In this document: piece after piece, positions 50,957-59,358 of the stretch | Layout: each line of letters starts with the position of its first letter | How positions within the stretch are numbered: position 1 is the first letter of the stretch | IMG/VR virus record: IMGVR_UViG_2721755676_000007 | Reading direction: 5' to 3' (one strand) | Length of the DNA: 60,642 nucleotides | Source of the DNA: a virus | Lineage: Duplodnaviria > Heunggongvirae > Uroviricota > Caudoviricetes | Made by a program: the position numbers and the translations under genes | Notes under the pieces: model-generated | The model's database searches: none | What the model was told of the DNA's origin: nothing | The model's input: the letters and a program-made list of their open reading frames with translations, nothing else

Positions 50957-51529
50957 TCATATTGCCCCCAGCATGGTGGTAACCATCGCCATCAATGGAC
51001 CAGCCAGATCAGGATCCACACGAAACATCGACACAATGCCTTCACTCATCTCCTTCAGTTTCTGGTGGCGTGGTGCGTTGAGAATGACCGCCTGTTTTGC
51101 CTCGCTGAGCTCCTTTTCCATTTCAACCAGTCGAGCCATGAAGCTATCCTGCTCAACCAGGTGGCCGCGATATTTCAGCGGTAGTACTGCCAGAATTGCT
51201 GGAGTCAGTTCACGCACGTTATTTCGGTATTTTTCAGAATCGAATTTGTTATCGAGAAAGCGGAACAGCTTCTGGCGTGCACGACTGACATCATCAGGAA
51301 AATCGATAGTGCCGCCGCCCTGTGCTCGATACTCATTCACAATGAGTGCGGCAACGACATCCTGATTATCTACAGCCGACCAGGCGCGGACGGCATCACG
51401 GATTTTTTCGTGGCCTGGCACCTGTTTTATTTGAGAACGATTTATCACCGCAGTCGGGATAAATCCGCTAGTCTGTTGGTATGTAATTGGTTGCATAATT
51501 GATTCCTTTAGTCTGAATTGACTGTTCAT
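50957..51529 (-). CDS. YdaT-like protein (occupies the cII position)
   Basis: 190-aa ORF between the Cro-like gene and O; family assignment from memory only. Confidence 0.45.
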   Translation of the reverse strand: MNSQFRLKESIMQPITYQQTSGFIPTAVINRSQIKQVPGHEKIRDAVRAWSAVDNQDVVAALIVNEYRAQGGGTIDFPDDVSRARQKLFRFLDNKFDSEKYRNNVRELTPAILAVLPLKYRGHLVEQDSFMARLVEMEKELSEAKQAVILNAPRHQKLKEMSEGIVSMFRVDPDLAGPLMAMVTTMLGAI

Positions 51530-51577
51530 CAGTCTGTTAAGTTGATTGCTTATTGTTAAAGAACGTGAAAAGGAAAT

Positions 51578-51808
51578 TTAAGCTGCATTCTTTTCGGTAT
51601 GTGGAAACAACTTCGGAAGATCCGGGCGAATCTGGTATGCCTTAACTACCCCGCCAGTAGCCGTAACAATGCTGCCGACATGTTCAGGGGATACCTTTGC
51701 TTTGTTGTGTAGCCACTTATAGACGGCCTGCTGTGAAACTTCGCAGGCATCGCCCAGTTTCTTTTGTGAACCGACGATATTGATCGCGGTTTTGATTGCT
51801 GGGTTCAT
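51578..51808 (-). CDS. cro: Cro-like HTH repressor (YdaS family)
   Basis: 76 aa with HTH (LGDACEVSQQAVYKWLHNKAKVSPEH), divergent from the CI-like gene. Confidence 0.75.
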   Translation of the reverse strand: MNPAIKTAINIVGSQKKLGDACEVSQQAVYKWLHNKAKVSPEHVGSIVTATGGVVKAYQIRPDLPKLFPHTEKNAA

Positions 51809-51912
51809 AACAACCTCCGTGGTTAACTTGAATTAAGATTAAAACCATGGTTGTTTTTAGTCAACAACCATTTTCGTTTGATGAAATAAAACCTTGGTTG
51901 TACATTTGGTCT
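51809..51912. promoter_or_regulatory. Divergent immunity promoter/operator region (OR-like)
   Basis: Palindromes AACCATGGTT (51843-51852) and AACCTTGGTT (51891-51900) plus CAACAACCAT half-sites between divergent cro and cI starts. Confidence 0.55.
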
Positions 51913-52602
51913 ATGAAAACAACACTCTCAGAAAGACTTAAAGAAGCCAGATTAGCGCGAGGCCTTACACAAAAGGCGCTTGGGGATATGGTCGGGGTTA
52001 GCCAGGCTGCCATTCAGAAAATCGAAACAGGGAAAGCTAACCAAACAACTAAAATCGTGGAGATCGCAAACGCTTTAGGTGTGCGCGCAGAATGGTTATC
52101 TTCTGGCGTTGGAAATATGTCAGACAGTACCGTGCAACCAATACAATCAGCTGTCAGCCATTCAAAATACTTCAAGATTGACGTTCTTGATATAGAAGTC
52201 AGTGCCGGACCGGGTGTCATCAACCGTGAGTTTGTGGAAGTTCTACGCTCGGTTGAGTACTCGTTTGACGATGCTCGTCACATGTTCGATGGCAGGAAGG
52301 CGGAAAATATCCGCATCATTAACGTGCGCGGTGACAGCATGTCAGGGACGATCGAACCAGGTGACCTGCTGTTCGTTGATATCACTGTTAAATCTTTCGA
52401 CGGTGATGGCATCTATGCGTTTCTGTACGACGACACTGCCCATGTAAAACGTCTTCAAATGATGAAGGATAAGCTGCTGGTTATCTCTGATAACAAGAGC
52501 TACTCGCCGTGGGACCCGATCGAGAAAGACGAGATGAACCGGGTGTTCATATTCGGTAAGGTCATTGGAAGCATGCCGCAGACGTACAGGAAGCATGGTT
52601 AA
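51913..52602 (+). CDS. cI: CI-like repressor (HTH_XRE plus S24 LexA-type autoprotease domain)
   Basis: 229 aa from MKTTLSERLKEARLARGLTQKALGDMVGVSQAAIQKIE; C-terminal GDSM Ser and conserved Lys. Confidence 0.85.
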   Translation: MKTTLSERLKEARLARGLTQKALGDMVGVSQAAIQKIETGKANQTTKIVEIANALGVRAEWLSSGVGNMSDSTVQPIQSAVSHSKYFKIDVLDIEVSAGPGVINREFVEVLRSVEYSFDDARHMFDGRKAENIRIINVRGDSMSGTIEPGDLLFVDITVKSFDGDGIYAFLYDDTAHVKRLQMMKDKLLVISDNKSYSPWDPIEKDEMNRVFIFGKVIGSMPQTYRKHG

Positions 52603-52831
52603 TTTATCTACGACTTAAGGGAGCGAAGGTTAAGGTTTATACCACTCGGATTAGATATTGCACTAAATTCTCTATAAGAACGCCAAATCTGTTTGCATAT
52701 TTCAGTAAATATTCTCGTTGTTAGCTGAGATTTGTTGCTACTGTCAGCAAAATGTCCCCCTATCTCGTAGCGGTTTTTATTTCGAATCATTATGTTAAGA
52801 TGTTTCTGATTATAATGAATGGAAACATAAA

Positions 52832-53212
52832 ATGAGAAAAATCCTAATCGCTGCCATGATGGCATCTCTATTGGCTGGGTGTGCTTCTTCAGGCAACCAG
52901 CAACTCAAAAATGAAACTGAAATTAGTGTCCAGTCTAAACTTCAGGAAGGTAAAACAACCAAGAATGAGGTTAAATCTTACTTTGGTTCTCCTGATGCTG
53001 TTTCATATACTGACAGTGGAAACGAGATCTGGAAGTACGCCTTTGCAAAAGTAAAAGTTAATGGCACCACTTTTATTCCATTCTATGGATTATTCCATAA
53101 TGGAACGAACGGTACGAAAAAAGAACTTACTATTCTTTTTAACGATGACACGATTAAGAAATACACAATGTCAGAAACCCAAATAAACTCGAAATCAGGT
53201 TGGGCTGACTGA
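52832..53212 (+). CDS. Lipoprotein (126 aa) downstream of cI, at the position of lambda rexAB
   Basis: Signal peptide with lipobox LLAGC; followed by an intrinsic terminator. Confidence 0.65.
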   Translation: MRKILIAAMMASLLAGCASSGNQQLKNETEISVQSKLQEGKTTKNEVKSYFGSPDAVSYTDSGNEIWKYAFAKVKVNGTTFIPFYGLFHNGTNGTKKELTILFNDDTIKKYTMSETQINSKSGWAD

Positions 53213-53220
53213 TAATCATA

Positions 53221-53247
53221 CCCGGCAACCGCGCCGGGTTTTCTTTT
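53221..53247 (+). terminator. Intrinsic terminator after the cI-lipoprotein unit
   Basis: CCCGGC-aaccgc-GCCGGG followed by TTTTCTTTT. Confidence 0.65.
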
Positions 53248-53372
53248 CCTCCCCCTCATAACTCATACCGTCCAAAAAACCACCACACCTCACTTCAGTT
53301 ATCGCTATGCGATGCAAGTCACAAAATAAATCCATCCTAAATACAACCAGTTATATTTAAAACAACCGACAA

Positions 53373-53415
53373 AACAACTTTTGTTGTTGACGATAAAACA
53401 ACTATAGTTTTAAAT
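53373..53415 (+). promoter_or_regulatory. Candidate pL-type promoter with overlapping operator palindrome
   Basis: AACAAC-tttt-GTTGTT palindrome (53373-53388); -35 TTGACG (53387-53392), 17-bp spacer, -10 TTAAAT (53410-53415). Confidence 0.4.
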
Positions 53416-53488
53416 AAATTCATCGCAACGACACAACGATACGGTAACCACCTGTTTCACCGTTGCGATGACCGCTTAGATCCGCAGT

Positions 53489-53899
53489 TTGAATTTCAGC
53501 AGGCTTCGGGGAGTGCGAGGGGTGAAACGGACGCGTGAACGTCGGTGTGACCAGCTGAAATCAACACAACACTTTATACCTCAGTCGCTTCAACGAGGCG
53601 GCTTAGTTATGACAACCGGCGGCCATCCACCGCCTGAATACGCGCAGAAGTCTCTATATGTTCAGCAGCCCAGCTTACGGGCAGGAGTTTTTATGGTTCA
53701 TCAACATTACGGAACGCAGACCGTTAATCGCGGCGCGGTCATGCCAGGAATGCTGGTCAAACACAAAGATGGTACCTGGACTGCATCAGCTAATTTACGC
53801 GGGCGGCTTTATCTGCATCGCGGCATCGAGCGCACTTATACCCGTGATTTGCTCGTAGAAGTTTTTCTCGACGGACGCGGTAACGGCCTGAATCACTAA
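53489..53899 (+). CDS. Hypothetical protein with N-terminal arginine-rich motif (possible N-type antiterminator); reading frame uncertain
   Basis: KRTRERR near the N-terminus resembles the N-family ARM; remainder has no N-like features. Confidence 0.3.
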   Translation: MNFSRLRGVRGVKRTRERRCDQLKSTQHFIPQSLQRGGLVMTTGGHPPPEYAQKSLYVQQPSLRAGVFMVHQHYGTQTVNRGAVMPGMLVKHKDGTWTASANLRGRLYLHRGIERTYTRDLLVEVFLDGRGNGLNH

Positions 53900-53975
53900 C
53901 CCCCCTTTCCTGTTTTCCTAATCAGCCTGGCATTTCGCGGGCGATATTTTCACAGCCATTTTCAGGAGTTCAGCC

Positions 53976-54272
53976 ATGAACGCTTATTACATTCAGGATC
54001 GTCTTGAGGCTCAGAGCTGGGCGCGTCACTACCAGCAGATCGCCCGTGAAGAGAAAGAGGCAGAACTGGCAGACGACATGGAAAAAGGCCTGCCCCAGCA
54101 TTTGTTTGAATCGCTCTGCATCGATCATTTACAACGCTGCGGGGCCAGCAAAAAAGCCATTACCCGTGCATTTGATGACGATGTTGAGTTTCAGGAGCGC
54201 ATGGCAGAACACATCCGGTACATGGTTGAAACCATTGCTCACCATCAGGTTGATATTGATTCAGAGGTATAA
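53976..54272 (+). CDS. gam: Host-nuclease (RecBCD) inhibitor Gam, short form
   Basis: 98-aa [51 protein letters not shown], lambda GamS. Confidence 0.92.
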   Translation: MNAYYIQDRLEAQSWARHYQQIAREEKEAELADDMEKGLPQHLFESLCIDHLQRCGASKKAITRAFDDDVEFQERMAEHIRYMVETIAHHQVDIDSEV

Positions 54273-54277
54273 AACGG

Positions 54278-55063
54278 ATGAGTACAGCACTCGCAACGCT
54301 GGCTGGGAAGCTGGCTGAACGTGTCGGCATGGATTCTGTCGACCCACAGGAACTGATCACCACTCTTCGCCAGACGGCATTTAAAGGTGATGCCAGCGAT
54401 GCGCAGTTCATCGCATTGTTGATCGTCGCCAACCAGTACGGCCTTAATCCGTGGACGAAAGAAATTTACGCCTTCCCTGACAAGCAGAACGGCATCGTTC
54501 CGGTGGTGGGCGTTGATGGCTGGTCCCGCATCATCAATGAAAACCAGCAGTTTGATGGCATGGACTTTGAGCAGGACAATGAATCCTGCACATGCCGGAT
54601 TTACCGCAAGGACCGTAATCATCCGATCTGCGTTACCGAGTGGATGGATGAATGCCGCCGCGAACCATTCAAAACCCGTGAAGGCAGAGAAATCACGGGG
54701 CCGTGGCAGTCGCATCCTAAACGGATGTTACGGCATAAAGCCATGATTCAGTGTGCCCGTCTCGCCTTCGGATTTGCGGGTATCTATGACAAGGATGAAG
54801 CCGAGCGCATTGTCGAAAATACCGCATACACTGCAGAACGTCAGCCGGAACGCGACATCACTCCGGTTAACGATGAAACCATGCAGGAGATTAACACTCT
54901 GCTGATTGCCCTGGACAAAACATGGGATGACGACTTATTGCCGCTCTGTTCCCAGATATTTCGCCGCGACATTCGCGCATCGTCAGAACTGACACAGGCC
55001 GAAGCAGTGAAAGCTCTTGGATTCCTGAAACAGAAAGCCACTGAGCAGAAGGTGGCAGCATGA
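54278..55063 (+). CDS. bet: Recombination protein Bet (Red beta)
   Basis: 261-aa [41 protein letters not shown]. Confidence 0.95.
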   Translation: MSTALATLAGKLAERVGMDSVDPQELITTLRQTAFKGDASDAQFIALLIVANQYGLNPWTKEIYAFPDKQNGIVPVVGVDGWSRIINENQQFDGMDFEQDNESCTCRIYRKDRNHPICVTEWMDECRREPFKTREGREITGPWQSHPKRMLRHKAMIQCARLAFGFAGIYDKDEAERIVENTAYTAERQPERDITPVNDETMQEINTLLIALDKTWDDDLLPLCSQIFRRDIRASSELTQAEAVKALGFLKQKATEQKVAA

Positions 55064-55740
55064 CACCGGACATTATCCTGCAGCGTACCGGGATCGACGT
55101 GAGAGCTGTCGAACAGGGGGATGATGCATGGCACAAATTACGGCTCGGCGTCATCACCGCTTCAGAAGTTCACAACGTGATAGCAAAGCCCCGCTCAGGA
55201 AAGAAGTGGCCTGACATGAAAATGTCCTACTTCCACACCCTGCTGGCTGAGGTTTGCACCGGTGTGGCTCCGGAAGTTAATGCTAAGGCACTGGCCTGGG
55301 GAAAACAGTACGAGAACGACGCCAGAGCCCTGTTTGAGTTTACTTCCGGCGTGAATGTTACTGAATCCCCGATCATCTATCGCGACGAAAGTATGCGCAC
55401 CGCCTGCTCTCCCGATGGTTTATGCAGTGACGGTAACGGCCTTGAACTGAAATGCCCGTTTACCTCCCGGGATTTCATGAAATTCCGGCTCGGTGGTTTC
55501 GAGGCCATAAAGTCGGCTTACATGGCCCAGGTGCAGTACAGCATGTGGGTGACTCGAAAAGATGCCTGGTACTTTGCCAACTATGACCCGCGCATGAAGC
55601 GTGAAGGCCTGCATTATGTCGTGATTGAGCGGAATGAAAAGTACATGGCGAGTTTTGACGAGATGGTGCCGGAGTTCATCGAAAAAATGGACGAGGCACT
55701 GGCTGAAATTGGTTTTGTATTTGGGGAGCAATGGCGATGA
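55060..55740 (+). CDS. exo: Exonuclease Exo (Red alpha)
   Basis: 226-aa [43 protein letters not shown]. Confidence 0.95.
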   Translation: MTPDIILQRTGIDVRAVEQGDDAWHKLRLGVITASEVHNVIAKPRSGKKWPDMKMSYFHTLLAEVCTGVAPEVNAKALAWGKQYENDARALFEFTSGVNVTESPIIYRDESMRTACSPDGLCSDGNGLELKCPFTSRDFMKFRLGGFEAIKSAYMAQVQYSMWVTRKDAWYFANYDPRMKREGLHYVVIERNEKYMASFDEMVPEFIEKMDEALAEIGFVFGEQWR

Positions 55741-55919
55741 CGCATCCTCACGATAATATCCGGGTAGGCGCGATCACTTTCGTCTACTCCATTACAAAGC
55801 GAGGCTGGGTATTTCCCGGCCTTTCTGTTATCAGAAATCCCCTGAAAGCACAGCGGCTGGCTGAGGAGATAAATAATAAACGGGGAGCTGTATGCACAAA
55901 GCATCTCCCGTTGAGTTAA
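55731..55919 (+). CDS. Small hypothetical protein (62 aa), early-left accessory ORF
   Basis: Overlaps exo stop; chained by overlaps to the next ORFs. Confidence 0.5.
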   Translation: MAMTHPHDNIRVGAITFVYSITKRGWVFPGLSVIRNPLKAQRLAEEINNKRGAVCTKHLPLS

Positions 55920-56083
55920 GAACGAGCATTGAGATGGCACATAGCCTCGCTCAAATTGGAGTCAGGTTTGTGCCAATACCAGTAGAAACAGACGAAGAAT
56001 TTCATACGTTAGCCGCATCCCTTTCACAAAAGCTGGAAATGATGGTGGCGAAAGCAGAAGCAGATGAGAGAGACCAGGTATGA
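55892..56083 (+). CDS. Small hypothetical protein (63 aa)
   Basis: Acidic small ORF, ATGA-coupled to the following 27-codon ORF. Confidence 0.5.
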   Translation: MHKASPVELRTSIEMAHSLAQIGVRFVPIPVETDEEFHTLAASLSQKLEMMVAKAEADERDQV

Positions 56084-56159
56084 CAACCACTGAATGCATT
56101 TTTCTGGCAGCGGGCTTCATATTCTGTGTGCTTATGCTTGCCGACATGGGGCTTGTTCA

Positions 56160-56375
56160 ATGACACCTCAGCAAGAAAACGCCCTTCGCAGCATTGCCCG
56201 TCAGGCTAATTCTGAAATCAAAAAAGCCAGACAGCAGTTTCCGGATAAAAACGTCGATGACATTTGCCGTAGCGTACTAAAGAAGCACCGCGAAACGGTA
56301 ACACTGATGGGATTCACACCGACTCATTTAAGCCTGGCGATCGGCATGTTGAACGGCGTCTTTAAGGAACGGTGA
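56160..56375 (+). CDS. Small hypothetical protein (71 aa from MTPQQENALRSIARQ)
   Basis: ATG overlaps the stop of a 27-codon hydrophobic ORF (56080-56163); ORF track lists a longer version from 56094. Confidence 0.5.
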   Translation: MTPQQENALRSIARQANSEIKKARQQFPDKNVDDICRSVLKKHRETVTLMGFTPTHLSLAIGMLNGVFKER

Positions 56376-56473
56376 ACATGAAAAGCAAAATCATCAGGGA
56401 GCTACAGGCTCCTTTTTTATTATTCGCATTCACCCTCAAGCGTATTAACCAACAATTCAGGGATTAATGAAAG

Positions 56474-56695
56474 ATGGCAGACATAATTGATTCAGCATCA
56501 GAAATTGAAGAATTACAGCGCAACACAGCAATAAAAATGCGCCGCCTGAACCACCAGGCTATATCTGCCACTCATTGTTGTGAGTGTGGCGATCCGATAG
56601 ATGAACGAAGACGACTGGCCGTTCAGGGTTGTCGGACTTGTGCCAGTTGCCAGCAAGATCTGGAGCTTATCAGTAAACAGAGAGGTTCGAAGTGA
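56474..56695 (+). CDS. TraR/DksA-family C4 zinc-finger protein
   Basis: 73 aa with CCECGDPIDERRR...CRTCASCQ four-Cys motif. Confidence 0.7.
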   Translation: MADIIDSASEIEELQRNTAIKMRRLNHQAISATHCCECGDPIDERRRLAVQGCRTCASCQQDLELISKQRGSK

Positions 56696-56905
56696 GCGAA
56701 ATTAACTAGAAGCCAAAGATAAAATCATCGCTGAGCAGGAGAAAATCGCTAACGGAGAAAAGACAGTAAGTCAGTATATGAAAACCGCATGATATCATCA
56801 GATAAAAATCGGTCGTAAAGCGAAATATTAATACCAGAACAAACGAGTCGAGGTAAATTATATTACCTCGATAAATTAACTAAAACTTGCCCGCTATATA
56901 CTATA

Positions 56906-57508
56906 TCATTCAGTATCATCACGCGCGGTCTGTGCATATGTCACTACCGCACCTAATATATTAATTTTCTTTTCAACATAGATAATATTATCGTACTCAT
57001 AATTGCCATACGGATAGCAAATGCGAATATTCTCATGTAGATCGGGGTCATCCACCTCAGCTCCAGAACAACTTTTTGAACTACCGGAAGTATACCGATA
57101 CGGTGCAACATAAGACGATGTCTCTCCAGGCAAAAAATAAGTTAGTGTCGTAAGGGGTATAATCAGAAAAAATCCAGCAAATATGCACATCCCTGCATAA
57201 ACCTTAAGGTATGCTGACAGACTCTTCCAGCCGCTTTGTTTTACTATCCCCTTCTTAACCCAAAACAGAGATAACAGAAAAGCTATTCCCATGCTAAACA
57301 GAATGTAATAGTGGGATATACTCTGATTAAGAAACGTGACCCTGTAGATATCTGCCCGCCACCAGAAGAAAAGGAAAATAAAGATCAGCCCTGAAACTGT
57401 CATGCAAATCAAATAAGGATACGAATCTTTTTTCATGTTTAGCGCCCATAAAATTTTTCCTGACCCGGACAAATTTACCATCCATTTTTTGCGCAGAAAA
57501 TAGCTCAT
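56906..57508 (-). CDS. Membrane protein (200 aa, about four TM helices plus Cys-containing C-terminal domain), AT-rich, antisense to the early-left operon
   Basis: Hydrophobic segments LICMTVSGLIFIFLFFWW, YYILFSMGIAFLLSLFWV, AGMCIFAGFFLIIPLTTLTYFL; local GC clearly below neighbours. Confidence 0.55.
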   Translation of the reverse strand: MSYFLRKKWMVNLSGSGKILWALNMKKDSYPYLICMTVSGLIFIFLFFWWRADIYRVTFLNQSISHYYILFSMGIAFLLSLFWVKKGIVKQSGWKSLSAYLKVYAGMCIFAGFFLIIPLTTLTYFLPGETSSYVAPYRYTSGSSKSCSGAEVDDPDLHENIRICYPYGNYEYDNIIYVEKKINILGAVVTYAQTARDDTE

Positions 57509-57909
57509 TACTTACTGCACAATAATACACAAAATTGCGTAAATTTTTTGCATGGATTTTAGCTCTTTCAGCCGACATTTAAGGGGTAAATAGCATTTCC
57601 TAAAAGCAACTGCACCAACCCAACAGAATGGGCTACCGCTTACGTTGAGAGCAAAAAAGTGTATAGCAGCAATGAACAGCATCCTCGCACTGACGAGGAT
57701 TTCTTTTATCTGAACTCGCTACGGCGGGTTTTGTTTTATGGAGATGATAAATGCACTTCCGAGTCACAGGTGAATGGAATGGAGAACCATTCAACAGAGT
57801 TATCGAAGCCGAGAACATCAGCGACTGCTATGACCACTGGATGCTGTGGGCGCAGATAGCACATGCAGACGTAACCAATATTCGAATTGAAGAACTGAAA
57901 GAACACCAA

Positions 57910-57932
57910 GCCGCCTGATGGCGGTTTTTTCT
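57910..57932 (+). terminator. Intrinsic terminator upstream of xis
   Basis: GCCGCC-tgat-GGCGG followed by TTTTTTCT. Confidence 0.55.
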
Positions 57933-57957
57933 TGCGTGTAATTGCGGAGACTTTGCG

Positions 57958-58176
57958 ATGTACTTGACACTTCAGGAGTGGAACGCACGCCAGCGACGCC
58001 CAAGAAGCCTTGAAACAGTTCGTCGATGGGTACGCGAGTGCAGGATATTCCCTCCTCCGGTTAAGGATGGAAGAGAGTATCTGTTCCACGAATCAGCGGT
58101 AAAGGTTGACTTAAATCGACCAGTAACAGGTAGCCTTTTGAAGAGGATCAGAAATGGGAAGAAGGCGAAGTCATGA
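57958..58176 (+). CDS. xis: Excisionase Xis
   Basis: 72-aa ORF MYLTLQEWNARQRRPRSLETVRRWVRECRIFPPPVKDGREY matching lambda Xis. Confidence 0.95.
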   Translation: MYLTLQEWNARQRRPRSLETVRRWVRECRIFPPPVKDGREYLFHESAVKVDLNRPVTGSLLKRIRNGKKAKS

Positions 58177-59224
58177 GCGCCGGGATTTACCCCCTAACCT
58201 TTATATAAGAAACAATGGATATTACTGCTACAGGGACCCAAGGACGGGTAAAGAGTTTGGATTAGGCCGAGACAGGCGAATCGCAATCACTGAAGCTATA
58301 CAGGCCAACATTGAGTTATTTTCAGGACACAAACACAAGCCTCTGACAGCGAGAATCAACAGTGATAATTCCGTTACGTTACATTCATGGCTTGATCGCT
58401 ACGAAAAAATCCTGGCCAGCAGAGGAATCAAGCAGAAGACACTCATAAATTACATGAGCAAAATTAAAGCAATAAGGAGGGGTCTGCCTGATGCTCCACT
58501 TGAAGACATCACCACAAAAGAAATTGCGGCAATGCTCAATGGATACATAGACGAGGGCAAGGCGGCATCAGCCAAGTTAATCAGATCAACACTGAGCGAT
58601 GCATTCCGAGAGGCTATAGCTGAAGGCCATATAACAACAAACCCGGTCGCAGCCACTCGCGCTGCAAAATCAGAGGTAAGGAGATCAAGACTTACGGCTG
58701 ACGAATACCTGAAAATTTATCAAGCAGCAGAATCATCACCATGTTGGCTTAGACTTGCAATGGAACTGGCTGTTGTTACCGGGCAGCGAGTTGGTGATTT
58801 ATGCGAAATGAAGTGGTCTGATATCGTAGATGGATATCTTTATGTCGAGCAAAGCAAAACAGGCGTAAAAATTGCCATCCCAACAACATTGCATGTTGAT
58901 GCTCTCGGGATATCAATGAAGGAAACACTTGATAAATGCAAAAAGATTCTTGGCGGAGAAACCATAATTGCATCTACTCGTCGTGAACCGCTTTCATCCG
59001 GCACAGTATCAAGGTATTTTATGCGCGCACGAAAAGCATCAGGTCTCTCCTTCGAAGGGGATCCGCCAACCTTTCACGAGTTGCGCAGTTTGTCTGCAAG
59101 ACTCTATGAGAAGCAGATAAGCGATAAATTTGCTCAACATCTTCTCGGGCATAAGTCGGACACCATGGCATCACAGTATCGTGATGACAGAGGCAGGGAG
59201 TGGGACAAAATTGAAATCAAATAA
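58154..59224 (+). CDS. int: Lambda integrase Int
   Basis: 356-aa ORF MGRRRSHERRDLPPNLYIRNNGYYCYRDPRTGKEFGLGRD matching lambda Int. Confidence 0.95.
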   Translation: MGRRRSHERRDLPPNLYIRNNGYYCYRDPRTGKEFGLGRDRRIAITEAIQANIELFSGHKHKPLTARINSDNSVTLHSWLDRYEKILASRGIKQKTLINYMSKIKAIRRGLPDAPLEDITTKEIAAMLNGYIDEGKAASAKLIRSTLSDAFREAIAEGHITTNPVAATRAAKSEVRRSRLTADEYLKIYQAAESSPCWLRLAMELAVVTGQRVGDLCEMKWSDIVDGYLYVEQSKTGVKIAIPTTLHVDALGISMKETLDKCKKILGGETIIASTRREPLSSGTVSRYFMRARKASGLSFEGDPPTFHELRSLSARLYEKQISDKFAQHLLGHKSDTMASQYRDDRGREWDKIEIK

Positions 59225-59312
59225 TGATTTTATTTTGACTGATAGTGACCTGTTCGTTGCAACAAATTGATAAGCAATGCTTTTTTATAATGCCAACTTA
59301 GTATAAAAAAGC
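59225..59312. other. Prophage-host junction attL (lambda P' arm plus 15-bp core TTAGTATAAAAAAGC at 59298-59312)
   Basis: P' arm ...GTTGCAACAAATTGATAAGCAATGCTTTTTTATAATGCCAAC then core, then host sequence AGGCTTCA as at E. coli attB. Confidence 0.9.
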
Positions 59313-59358
59313 AGGCTTCAACGGATTCATTTTTCTATTTCATAGCCCGGAGCAACCT

